From: Adineta vaga
Taxonomy: Eukaryota; Animalia; Rotifera
NCBI GenBank assembly: GCA_021613535.1
Contig: CP075495.1
Span: 13,826,001-13,890,000, forward strand
Reading direction: 5' to 3'
DNA length: 64,000 bases
Position 1 is the stretch's first letter. The number at the start of each line of letters is the position of its first letter. Below are positions 1-16,484 of the stretch, piece by piece. The notes under the pieces were generated by a model that did not search any database, was not told the origin of the DNA, and was given only the letters and a program-made list of their open reading frames with translations. A program made the position numbers and the translations under genes.

Positions 1-91
1 GTTGTTTATCGAGCCATTTTTGTTTAAATGTTGTATGACGTCTATTAAGATCGTCAATTTCATTCTGTAAAGACGATATTGACAAAGTCAT
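1..91 (-). CDS. Possible 5' end of an unknown coiled-coil-like gene running off the window start
   Basis: ATG at 91 gives the open frame MTLSISSLQNEIDDLNRRHTTFKQKWLDKQ to the window edge; no homology recognised. Confidence 0.3.
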   Translation of the reverse strand, partial: MTLSISSLQNEIDDLNRRHTTFKQKWLDKQ

Positions 92-679
92 GATATATTT
101 TATGAGATTTGCATGATAAGAAACGATTGAATCAATAAATAACAACACTTATGATCATAAAGCGTTTATTAAAATTAAAAGAGATAGTTTCAACTTATTG
201 AATGAAGCCATTATGATATGTAAAAAATTAAACTCTACGAATACATGATATTTTCATTGGATGAATGAACCGACGACCACTGCCCTCTGGTGTAATGTTC
301 TTTGAGAAGAGACGAATGAGTATTTTGTCATTATATAAATATCGGATATTAGAACAATAAGAAAAGAGAAAAAGACTTACAATTCATCATAAAGTTAAGA
401 CGTGTTTGTTGTCGTTACGTTCGATATTCGAATATATTGAAATAGTAAAAAATAATACATTTGATTGATGATATCAATGTATCTACAAATCACTATGTTG
501 ATACTTCTAAGATACATATTCAAAACGATTGTTAAAATCTCCTATCACTGTTGATTATGCTATCAGTATGATTTCATCCGTTTTTGTTTTTCAATTATCA
601 GACATATATTTTGAATCAACAGCTTTATTACATTGAAACTCTTACATTTTTATATCTTTTATCAGTTGAGAGAAAAAAA

Positions 680-1207
680 CTACATGTTCAGATTTTTCTT
701 CGCTGTATATTGCACAATTGGTTTCGATCGTTTATGAAAGAGTAATTTTCGTTTAATAATACATTCAACTTGATAACTTGTACTATTTGTACTATTTGCT
801 GGTTGTTTACGCATTACTAATAAAGGTTTTTCCAATTCAACCATTTTCCCATCAAGAACATGTTGTCCAATGACGCATACAGGCATATCCTAAACAAAAC
901 CAATGTTTTTTCTTACTTTTAGTCGAGTTTCAATTATATTTACATTTTGTGTAAAAAATAAAAAGCCCAGACGTTCACCAGACAAAGTTTGTTTTTCCGC
1001 AGCATATTCCTAGATATGATGACAATACTCAATTCTTGATTGAAGAATAAAAATAGATAAGAAAGGAAGATGGACTTACTAAATTGCCTTGTAATTCCAC
1101 TAGAATTAATTCGGATGAATTTTCTCCTCTTTTAATCGAAAAAATCAACTTGTCAACGAATGAAAAACAATTGAATTTACTCACTGTTCGATTAATATTT
1201 GCACCAT
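680..1207 (-). CDS. CHTF8: Chromosome transmission fidelity protein 8 (Ctf18-RFC subunit), 4 exons
   Basis: Spliced product MVQILIE..SELILVELQGNL..LGFLF..PVCVIGQHVLDGKMVELEKPLLV..IIKRKLLFHKRSKPIV matches Ctf8 motifs; GT-AG introns of ~55 nt. Confidence 0.88.
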
Positions 1208-1422
1208 ATCTAAAAATTGATTATTCAAATTTCTTCTTAGACAAAACAAAATTATAGTTTTATTTTATTCCGGAAAAGGGGATATTTACACATTCAAATT
1301 ATTTGTGTTGAGAACAGAACAGCACAAACAGAAAATATACAGACACACACACACGTACATGAAAATTAGAGACAAACATCTGATTATTGCCATATATTTA
1401 TATAGAAAATGAACGATAAAAT

Positions 1423-3862
1423 TCATGTTTTTCGACGTTTACTTGAACGTAATGATGAATTATCAAGAGACGATCGTTTTCGATTGTCAAGTTTGATTGT
1501 AACAAGAGATGATTTTGTTGTATTCATTTTTCCAAGTTCATTATATAAACTAGGATCAGGTCTCATACGAATTGTCAATTTAGGTATAATTCTTCGTTGA
1601 GAGTTTTCATTTTGATTTTCATTCTTATTCATAATATTATCAGTATTTTCACTATCAGTTCTTGATGATAATGAACTGAAAGAAGATGTACTCGAATGAC
1701 GAAGTGAACGAATAGTTGGTCGCCAGATAAGAAAATTTGGATTATTAGAATGAATAGTTGTTGTTAATGAAGCTGATGAAGATGAATATTGTGAAATAGT
1801 TCGTTGGCGGCCACTAGCATATGTTCGGGAAGATGATGATGATGATGATGATGATGATGTAGATAAAGCAGGTGAAAGCAAACGAGATGAACGAGAAGGA
1901 TGTGTAGTTGTCTAATCGGAAGAATCAAAGTTATATGATACAAGATGAATTTTGACTTTACCTGTGAATGAGTCATATGTGATGTTGCTCTTGTTGTTTG
2001 TTTAGATGGTTTTGTAGATGAACGTGAATTTGAATTGGTACCATCGGAGAAAAATGCTGAATCGGAAGATGTAGTTGCAGCTGATGGTAATGCTGGTTGA
2101 TTACGAGAAATAGTAATGGGTGATTTTGATGATGATGAATGTGTACTACTTGGTCGTCGACGTGGAATAATTCCATTTAATGGTAGAGATTGAAAATTAA
2201 GACTGGTATTCATATTACTCGATTTTTTCTTTCGAATAGACTAAAACGAAAGGAAAAATGTTTTGATTCTAGAAATTGTGTACAACAAACTTACTATTTT
2301 CTTCTTTTTCTTTATATTCTCATCGCAAGTGACTGTCGTAGCCTAAATAGTATACAATAAATATAACTCTTAATATATATTCAATTGATATCTTAGTACT
2401 TACATCTATTGTGGCTTTGCTTTCACTATTTGGCGATCTAAATTGACCTGTTTTATTTCGACTAACTATTGTTGGTCGTTTTACTGATGTTGAAACACTG
2501 TCTATTTCGGATGATTTTTCTAAAATAAAAAACATACGATCTCTTTCTCTCATTTCTTCTTCGATTTTTATTTCAAATACTTACGTTTCTCTTCCATCAT
2601 TGCCTTACTATTATTTACCGAATAAATCTTGCGTAAACGTTTATCAGTTTGACGTAAACGTGTAGAAACAAGTATCGTTTTATTCGTTGATGGTTCATTT
2701 GTCGTAGATATTGCTGAAGATGACGCATCCGTATCTGCAGATGATTTCATTACTGATGAATTCTTGTGAGCAAATCCACCTTGATTAAGCCTAGAAAAGA
2801 TATTTTTAACAGATTAAATTATATCATCGATGATCTGAAAATGAAATTACATTTCACAACTACGACATTCACAAAGTGAATTATTATCACCAAAAAAATC
2901 CGATCCATAACTACAAGTGATTTCATCACCGATTTCAATTGGACGAAGAACATGAATATAAGCAGAACTTAAACCTGTTGCCACAAACTAGGAAAAGAAG
3001 ATGAATTCACATTTATCTAGTCAAAATAATCCTCAATTCTCTTACTTTACAATTAGCTCGACAATCATGATTAATATAAGCTAAATCAAAGAAAATTTCA
3101 TTGAAATATCTAACAAAATTTGTTATTCTATTCTATTCTTTACCTGCAGGTCCAAGCCATAGTTGTGAACATTTTTTTCGACAAGAATACATAACAGAAA
3201 AATCATTAACACCAGGCTTAAGAAAAGCTTGTTCTTCTTCAGGAGTCAATTCAGCGATACAACCAATTAACATTTCGATCTTATCATGGACTGCCCTGAA
3301 ATATATAACCAAATAATATGTATTTCTTTCCATAATTTTCATCGATATTTACCATGCTTTTGTTGCAACAACTTTTCCTCCACATTTTTCTGTTGAATAT
3401 CGAAAACATGGTAGAAGTGTAACCCCCGAATTTCCATTAAATAAATGAAGAAAGCGAAATAACTATTCAAAAGAAAAGCAAAATAATCATTCGAAATGAA
3501 ATTTTCTTATTTTTCAATGATTTACATGTTCTTTGAATCCAGTTATTTGCAATGAACTTTTTCTTGCAAGTAAATTCTCATACCATGTTCCGATAGATGT
3601 AATTTGATTGAAACATTTTTCATAATCTAAATGTTCTTGAAATTGTTCAATAGCTAATTTCCATTGCGGTAACAAACGACGATTTGCTCGAAAACGAATA
3701 TTCATCTTATGTGTTGTAAATCCAAACATACTATCAACAACAATCATTGTCGCTAGATCATCATTTTCACTAAATGAAAATGATTCATCGATTATATTCA
3801 TATAAAATATTTGTATATTCTCACCAAAGATCAGCGACTGCTCGAGGTATACCAGAATACAT
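1423..3862 (-). CDS. KMT5B: Histone H4K20 methyltransferase SUV4-20, multi-exon, with long S/T-rich C-terminal tail
   Basis: [18 protein letters not shown]-terminus; [21 protein letters not shown]|[42 protein letters not shown]/post-SET motifs across exons. Confidence 0.95.
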
Positions 3863-4544
3863 CGTTATAATCGAATCGAAATTAAGAATCTTTTATTAAT
3901 ATATATATATATATTTATTTATTTATATCATGCTACGATCAAGTATTATTCTTTTTGTGAAATTATCACAAAGAAAATAATTTTATATCAATATTTGACA
4001 TAATTAAATCTTAAAATAAAGAAAAAAAACATTCGCATTGAATTTAGAAAAAAAATAATAATGATACTATAAAAAAATGTTCATTGATTTTCTTTTCACA
4101 ATGAATGATATTGGTGCCAAACGAAAAAAAAAGCTCTTCTTTTGTTAGTTAATCATATATGTCTATGACCAATGCTGCTTGTTGATGAGTCATTTTATAT
4201 GTTTAACTCTCACTGACATCTACTCTTTCTCTCAATTTACAAAGAAATAATTACATTCATTGTTTTCTTCGATGAAATTTAAGATTGTTGAGCAAATCAA
4301 ATATGAAAATACTTTCTTTAGCATCTAAGAAAAAGAATATTGTTCATACATTATTGTTTTCATATTCGTATATCGAATAACATGAGGCAAGAAACTAGAA
4401 AGTATGATAATTGAATCGTTACTATCCAGAATAACATTTCAAATGTGTCACGTGTTAAATCAAAGAAAGAAATGACGAAAAGAAAAGTATCGAGACTATA
4501 TCTTCTTGTCTTTTGTGGAGTTTATTCTTTAACTCGAAAGAATC

Positions 4545-5809
4545 ATGTCGTATCATGTCGAAACAGATAATACAACAGGTCATAAATATATTGTCGATAT
4601 AAAACGTCGTCGAAGTATTTGTTCAATAGATGGATGTCTTTCACGAGCGCAACGAAATTCTTTCTGTGCAAAGTAATTCCATGAAATTGAAAAGTTTTAC
4701 TCACTCTATTTTTCTAGACATTTACAAACAACAGATAAGAAAAGAGTTTAGTTTCAGTTATTGCCTTCTGTTTCATCTAACTTTTTCGATTTAGTTAATG
4801 AATAAGAAAACTTCACATCAAAAGTTACAAACTAAAAAAGGTTTTGTCATGAAAAAGAAATCATCTCCAACTAATTCGCTTATTAATGTTGAACAAATCG
4901 TTTCGAAATTTCATAATGTAAGTATAGATCAAATTCTCATAGTTTTCCATTGACATTTTCGATCTTTTCATATGAGTTACCTGTTGAAATACAACTAAGT
5001 GCTGAAATCGATGATGATGATCTCAAATCTGAAAGTTCAATTGAATATGATTATACAAATACGATGCCAACTCCAATACCTAATCCTATTGAACATCGAC
5101 ATGTTTCAATTGCAACTATTTATCTACAAGATGAACAATGGGTAGGATAGATTTAATTGTTGTTTCTCTTGAAAGAAAAGAAAAAGAATCTTGTTTGTTT
5201 CATTTTTAGCATCAACTTGAATTATTTATTAAATATTTTTCATCTTTTGCTTCACTTTCAAATAATATGAATATTAATTCTTCTACAACACATTTACTTA
5301 TTGATGATTCGATGAATCCACTACGATGTATTTTTTCGAAAAAAATTTTTCAAGCAGTTGCTCGACATATTTACATTGTTTCAATTCGATGGATTGAAGA
5401 ATGTTTATTACGAAAGGAAATTATTGATGAAACACCATTTGAAATTCATGGTGATCATTCAATGTCAACAATGCATTTAACTCGTCGTTGTTTAACAAAA
5501 CCTTTATTTTCTTCATCAATTTCATTTGCTATTGATTGTACATCATTTCAACGAACAATTACACGAAATGAATTAGCTGAATTAGCTGTTCTTAGTGGTG
5601 CAACATTGTTTGATCCTGAACAACAAATGTTGAGTCAATATCAACCAAAACTTCTTCTTGTTCTTGTTGATCCAAATGTGGATCGTTCGCGATTAGTAAA
5701 TCAATATCAACCATGGCGTTTGAATGTAAAATTTCTTACGCCAGGATATCTGTTAAAATCAATTATTTATCAAAACCAACAACCATTTGAAGATTTTGAA
5801 CTCGTTTAG
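4545..5809 (+). CDS. Small protein with an N-terminal C-x4-C-x9-C-x2-H knuckle and C-terminal BRCA1/BARD1-like BRCT repeats, ~5 exons
   Basis: Exon 1 encodes ..CSIDGCLSRAQRNSFCAK|H. The last exon, THLLID..LRCIFSKKIFQAVARHIYIVSIRWIEECL..DETPFEIHGD, resembles BRCA1 BRCT1 and is followed by a second BRCT-like unit (ELAELAVLSGA..YLLKSI). Confidence 0.75.
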
Positions 5810-6842
5810 ATTGTTTTTCTCTATATATATTTCGTTTTTTTGCAAATATATACGGAAATTTTGTTGAATTATACTTGTTATTATATCTACTCAATGATCA
5901 TTATGAGCAAGAGATTATGTAAGATTCGTTCTTTTTTCATTTACTCTTCGTTATATATAGATGTATCGATTGAATGAAGGATAAAATTGAATATATGAAT
6001 GATGATAGAAGTATTGATTATAAAGACGAGCAAGTCTTCTCAATGAAAATAGATTGGGATATTAGATTAAATATTTTCGAGGACAAACAGTATATGAATA
6101 TTCAAAAAACTTATTTACCAATCTTATTCTATCTTGTCTAAAGCATAGATGAGAATTCGATTTAGACATATCAAACTTGGCAATATAAAATGACCTTTAA
6201 TGACTAGAATGAAAACAATTAGTCATGCGAAAAGAACAAAGAGTATATTTCTCTGACGTTATTACAAAATTAATCGACGATATTCTTTTCCCTTTCTATG
6301 TTATATGACGTTCATGAATCAACAGAAAGAAACAAAAGAAAGTTTCAAAATTCATGTAAATGTTTATCTGACTTTATTTCTATATAGTAATAATATCACG
6401 AGAAAGATTTCGAAATCTAAAGATATTGCAAGAGATTTTCTCTTCTTCTTCTTCTATCTATTTGACCAAGATATATCTTACTAAAGAATTGTACTGTTGA
6501 CTAGTAAGTATTTGTTTCGATTCGAATTCTCTTTTTGTTTTGTAAAGAAGAAGTAGTAGTAGTAGTAGTAGTAAAAGAAGAAATGCTAATCTAAATATGA
6601 TTAGGAATAGTCAATCTTCTCACACACAAAGTGTTCCGTCTTTCGTTTACTGTTCTCTGTGTGTTGTGTGATGAGCGAGAGAAGAAAAAAAAGAAGATGG
6701 TTTTAGAGATTCGACAAAATGAAGAAGGAAAAAAAACGGATCAAAGCAGCACACATACATACACACGCATATAGATATATACACTTACACTCATTTAAAC
6801 ATTCGAACATACACACAGAAAGAAAGAAAGAAAGAAATATTT

Positions 6843-8697
6843 TTAACATTTTTTAGTCAAACTCTTTTCCGCCGCTATTTTTTTCAATTGTTTCAAACGT
6901 TTTTCATAATCCAAACCAGTTGGTCTTTTAGTATTGTTATTAGTAGTTGATGAGGGTGAATTACTTCCTGAACTATTACTGCCGGAACTATTTAAACGAT
7001 TATACGTTGGAGTTGTTGCAGTTGGAGGAGATTTTAATACAGAAGTTTGTCGACCGATTGGTGTCGGTGAACTAATTCGTGGGAAAGACTTGGTTGAAGG
7101 CAATAATTTCTGTGTAGATTTTGAAGATGATAATTGTGGTTTTAATACAGGTGGTGATGATGGTATATTAGGTTTTGATGATGAATTAGTACTTTTTATT
7201 GATCCTGTATTACTATTAGCTGCTGTCGTCGTCGTCGTCGTCGTCGTCGTAGTGGTTGTAGTAGTAGAAGTACCATTGATTGATTGTTTTAACAGAGGAT
7301 TTAATGATGTTGTAGTTAAAGATTTTGGTGATGGAGGTGAACGTTTTATATTAAGATTACTATTACTGGATGAAGTCAATGTATTTAAATCAGCTAGGAT
7401 TGACGATGCTGATGTATTAGAGGATTCTTGTATGCTCTTTTTTTCTTTAAATCCAGTAGCTAATGATGCCCAACCATTTGTATTTTTAGTAGTTGTACCA
7501 TTAGATAAGGAAGAATTTGAATTGGACGACAATGGATTACTGCTTATTGTAATATCTGATGTGATCGATTCTGATGACTGAAAAAGTATAAAATTATACA
7601 GTATGACATGAAAAGATGAATAGTTAAAATTTACTTTTGGCTTGAATGAAAAAAATGGACTTGTAACATCTGTAATTGAAGTTGATAAACCTTTCTTTCC
7701 AGTAGATAAGGTTGACTCTGTTGGTTTTGATTTGGAATTTGATACAGATAGATTACTATTTGTTTTTGTTTCTTTGATCGATGATTGAGATTGTTGCTAC
7801 AATGAAAATTAATATTTATAATTTTTTTCTTTGAAGAAAATTTTCAATACATACTCTTTTATTAATCATTTTTCGACATTTTGAACAATACCATAGACAC
7901 CGTGGATCACTTATATCAGCAGTACTAACAGATGGTTTATGGCATTTTTGATGGTACTTCGCTTGACATTCATGACATTCAACTAAGCGATTATCTTTTT
8001 CTTCAGTTAATACCCTACAAGTATTTGAAAACTAAAATCAATATCAATTAAATCTCTTTTCATAATACTTACATGCATTTATTGCAAACAAGACCTAATT
8101 CAATAGCAAATTCATCCATATCTCGAGATGTTGATGTTGATGGATTTGATTGAGATTCTGATGGTTTAGTTTTTGTTTCATCGCTATCATTTTCATCATC
8201 ATATATATCATCATCTTTGTCGTTTGTAGTCACTTTTTCTTCAATTGGACTTTTTTTCTTCTTAGTACTTTCATCATCTTCTTTTATTGTCACAGATTTT
8301 AAACGTTTTGTAGGCGGTGGTTTCGAATTGGTTGATAATGGTGCTGAACGCTTTTTCTAAGCAAATAGAAAGAGAATTGTTTTTCCTTTTTCTCAACAAC
8401 AAATGAATACTTACAGGTAATGGTTGAGGTGATTTAGAGCCTGATAATATTTCGGATTTTGAATCTGACGAAGTCGACTCAGGAGAACGCTACAAAGATA
8501 TTCGAAAAACAATGAAATTGCTTATGAAAATATCTATGTAAAAAACGAACCTTTGGTGAATTATTTGTTTGCTTATTTTCATTAATAAGTTCATCAATTA
8601 ATAATTCGAATTGTTCGGCCATATCCGATGGATTTGCTAGAAAAATCGAAAGTGTTCGTTGTAGATAATCAAACTGTTTTATTGGTAATAAATCCAT
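6843..8697 (-). CDS. INTS12: Integrator complex subunit 12 (PHD finger), multi-exon
   Basis: DEFAIELGLVCNKC..NRLVECHECQAKYHQKCHKP..DPRCLWYCSKC PHD finger; C-terminal EKRLKQLKKIAAEK; S/T-rich linker. Confidence 0.9.
7225..7266. repeat. (GTC)n/(GTA)n trinucleotide tract encoding poly-Thr in INTS12
   Basis: Seen directly in the sequence. Confidence 0.85.
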
Positions 8698-9958
8698 GTG
8701 GTTTTTTTTAAATATTTTGTTTATTTATGGGAAAAGATATCTGAAAATGAAATAGTTCATATTATATTGCTGTTCTTTGTTAGCAAAGAAAATCTTTCGA
8801 TATTTTATTTGAATAATATCAAAGTAAATGTGCTATGGAATAAATGTCGAGTGGATGTTGATAATCTTTTTTGTTTTCTTTTTGAAAATGTTTCTATCTT
8901 TTATATAAAGAGAAACGTTTTTCGAAAGATGAAAATCTAATGTCTTGGATTATAGATGGATGTATGAGTTCTAGGAATCATACCTTTATATTTTTAATCG
9001 AAATTTTGAATAATAACGACGTTGAGAAGACGAAGAAGAACAACAACAATAATACTGCACATTTGTTCTTCGTCTGTTCATTGGGTTTTTGTTGAATATC
9101 TAGAACACATGCACAGACGTTCACGTGCTCAGCTCAGAATAAGAAGGAAAAAAAAGAGAATAGATCTTATATGGAATCTAGCGACATCTACATTGAACTA
9201 CAGTTTTTGAACAGGTTTGAACGCTTTACTTAGAAAAATATCTTTATAAATCGAACAAATTTCATTCTTTAATTATATTATTCTTCATTGAGAATACAAT
9301 TTTATTGAAAAGAATGAATTTCTTCTCAACCAATAACTACTGACATCTACTAAAAGAAATTAGTTTGCTGACGTCAATAGATGATCCCTCGCTAATTATG
9401 CTTATTTTTGATCTTCCGCTTTTCTGTTTCCTCTTGATAGTATGATGTAAAAATAGAAAATTATTTTTTTTATATTGAAATGAGTTCGAGAAAAACATGT
9501 CATATTGCAACTAGCAGAGCACTCCATTTGCATCTAATTCGATCAGTATTTGAGAGACATTGAATAAATGCATATATCTATATATATCTATATATATTTA
9601 TATTGTGCACCAGCACGTATGATCAAATATTCTATGTTGTTTTTTTCTTCTACGAAGAGTGTTCAACCTATTTGACAAAATGTACATGTTTTTATTTCAC
9701 TCAATAACAATTTCTCGTTTTCTTTTTTTCTGTCTCGCCCTCGCTCGCTCTGCTTCTATTTGAAAAATCCATTCTTGTCGACCAGAAACCATCTGTTTCA
9801 CTCTCTATTTTTATTTAAACGAACGAAGAGATGCAACGGACATCGATCTTCATTTGCCAACGACATCGCCTAGAATAGAAAAGAAACACGAAGAAAGAAT
9901 GAATGTTTTATATTTCTTCTCTCACTCCAAAATATCAAGACAGCAAAGAACGATGACG

Positions 9959-10595
9959 ATTTACGTTACCCGAGAAAAAGAAAAGAGAACGCTCGAGTCG
10001 AGATTCGAACCACGTTCCTTCTCACAGGATTGATCATACACATACACACATACGAATAAAATGACGGAAAAAACCAACAGCGAGCCCATCATCATCGCCC
10101 TCTATTTATACGTCGATGCTTCTCTCTCGTTCGCTCACAATTCAGAGAAAAAAGAGAAAAAGAGAAGAGGAAGAAAAAAACATACGAAGAAAAGAAAAGA
10201 ATATCTATATAGGCAAATAAAACGAACGTGAAAGCATACATGTATAAATATATGCCGTCGTCATGTGTTTCGAGAGAAGTGTAGATGTACGCGAGAAAAG
10301 AAAGAGAAAGCGAGAGAAGAAAAAAAACGAGAGAAAAAGATAGTCGACAATCGCCATTAATATAGAATATTCTACTGCTCCATCAGGATGATTGATAGAA
10401 AGACAAAAAGAAAATGAGAAATAACATTACACCTACAGTGTATGTCCTGTAAAAGTTTTATCGGGTAAAATAAGTGAAAGGGCTGATGATGGTGGGGTTG
10501 AATGTTTCTTCTCAGCTGATACATAATAATAAATATCGGTTAGATTTTTAGTTTATTGTCTTAAAAAAACGTTAGATTTTTACAGGACGTTTTTT
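9959..10595 (+). ncRNA. Candidate structured non-coding RNA element of unknown family
   Basis: Four long-range complementary segment pairs of 13-18 bp whose G-U pairs work only on the + strand; no ORF of 60 codons or more. Confidence 0.35.
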
Positions 10596-10739
10596 GTCGT
10601 TTTTATTTTTTCTTATTTTTTACACACATATCACACAAAAAGATGAAAATTCAACAAGAAAACACATGAAAAAACATTGATGAGCTGTTTATTCTACTGA
10701 TTTTTCATATCCGTGCATTGCTTGATTAAATAATCTCAT

Positions 10740-11142
<403 letters not shown>

Positions 11143-11407
11143 TTATATTGCATGAACATGCGTTTTATAGTTTTCATAATGGACTTCATTTCTTTTCATC
11201 ATTTGTATATCTGAACAAAGACATAAGAAATTCCAAACGTATTGATGAATGTTTTGTAATCATCAAAATATACTATCAAACAAGAAATCATACATACATT
11301 GCGGAATAAATGATTGGTAGCAAACCGGATAAATTGTTAAAAGATACAGAGAGAAAGAAAAAGAGAGAAATGTCAAAGTTTTGAAAAATATATAGATCTA
11401 TTGATAA

Positions 11408-15726
<4,319 letters not shown>

Positions 15727-16484
15727 ATTTAAATCTAAACTAAATCATTTGTAATATAAAATCACTTAGAAATTTTCATACCTATTTATACTTCTAGTTA
15801 AAGAATCGAACATTCATTCTCGATCTAACGAGAAAATCATCTGATGTTTTACGTTGTTTTGAAGAAAAACAGAATAGAAAGAAAAAAAATATTCTCGAAA
15901 TATAGAGAAAAATCAAACTAGAAGGTCTGCTTACCTACACTAAATTCTCTTGTCTGAGAATTTTCAAAACGAAATTTTTTTTACTTTTTTCTTCAAAAAA
16001 TAAAAATTTCTTTTTGCATTTGTTTTTTAAACAATTAAATTCGAGAAAAAAAACGACATTTGAATTCCTTGAATTCTGATTGGTGTTACTAATGACGAAC
16101 AGATATTCTATGGATCGGTGCTCTATTATTGGAGAAAACAACAGCATAACAGTAGTAAGAAAAACGCGCATCATTCATCAAAATGGATATGAAATAACAA
16201 AAGAAAGGAACTAAATTAAATTGATTTCGATTCATTTTCAATATTTTGTTTTTCTTTTTAATCTATTCTATATACGTAGACAAATGAAAAAACGCCTAAT
16301 CCAATTTTGATGAATCATCATATTCATTCTTCTTTTGTTTTTTTTTTCAGTTATTATATTCATATAGATATATATATAGGTATATATCTTATTCATACAT
16401 AACGATTGATCATTTTGGCATCGTGAGAGTGATTCTTATCATCTCAACGAGTTCGTTTTTTGTTTATTCAAATTTCAAAACAAA

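Noticed and set aside
6934-7581. 215-aa + strand ORF with a poly-Val tract
   Set aside because: Antisense shadow of the S/T-rich INTS12 exon.
10483-10700. TGATGA..CTGA pairs suggesting box C/D snoRNAs
   Set aside because: Spacing is too short, there is no terminal stem or recognisable guide, and the site is not intronic.
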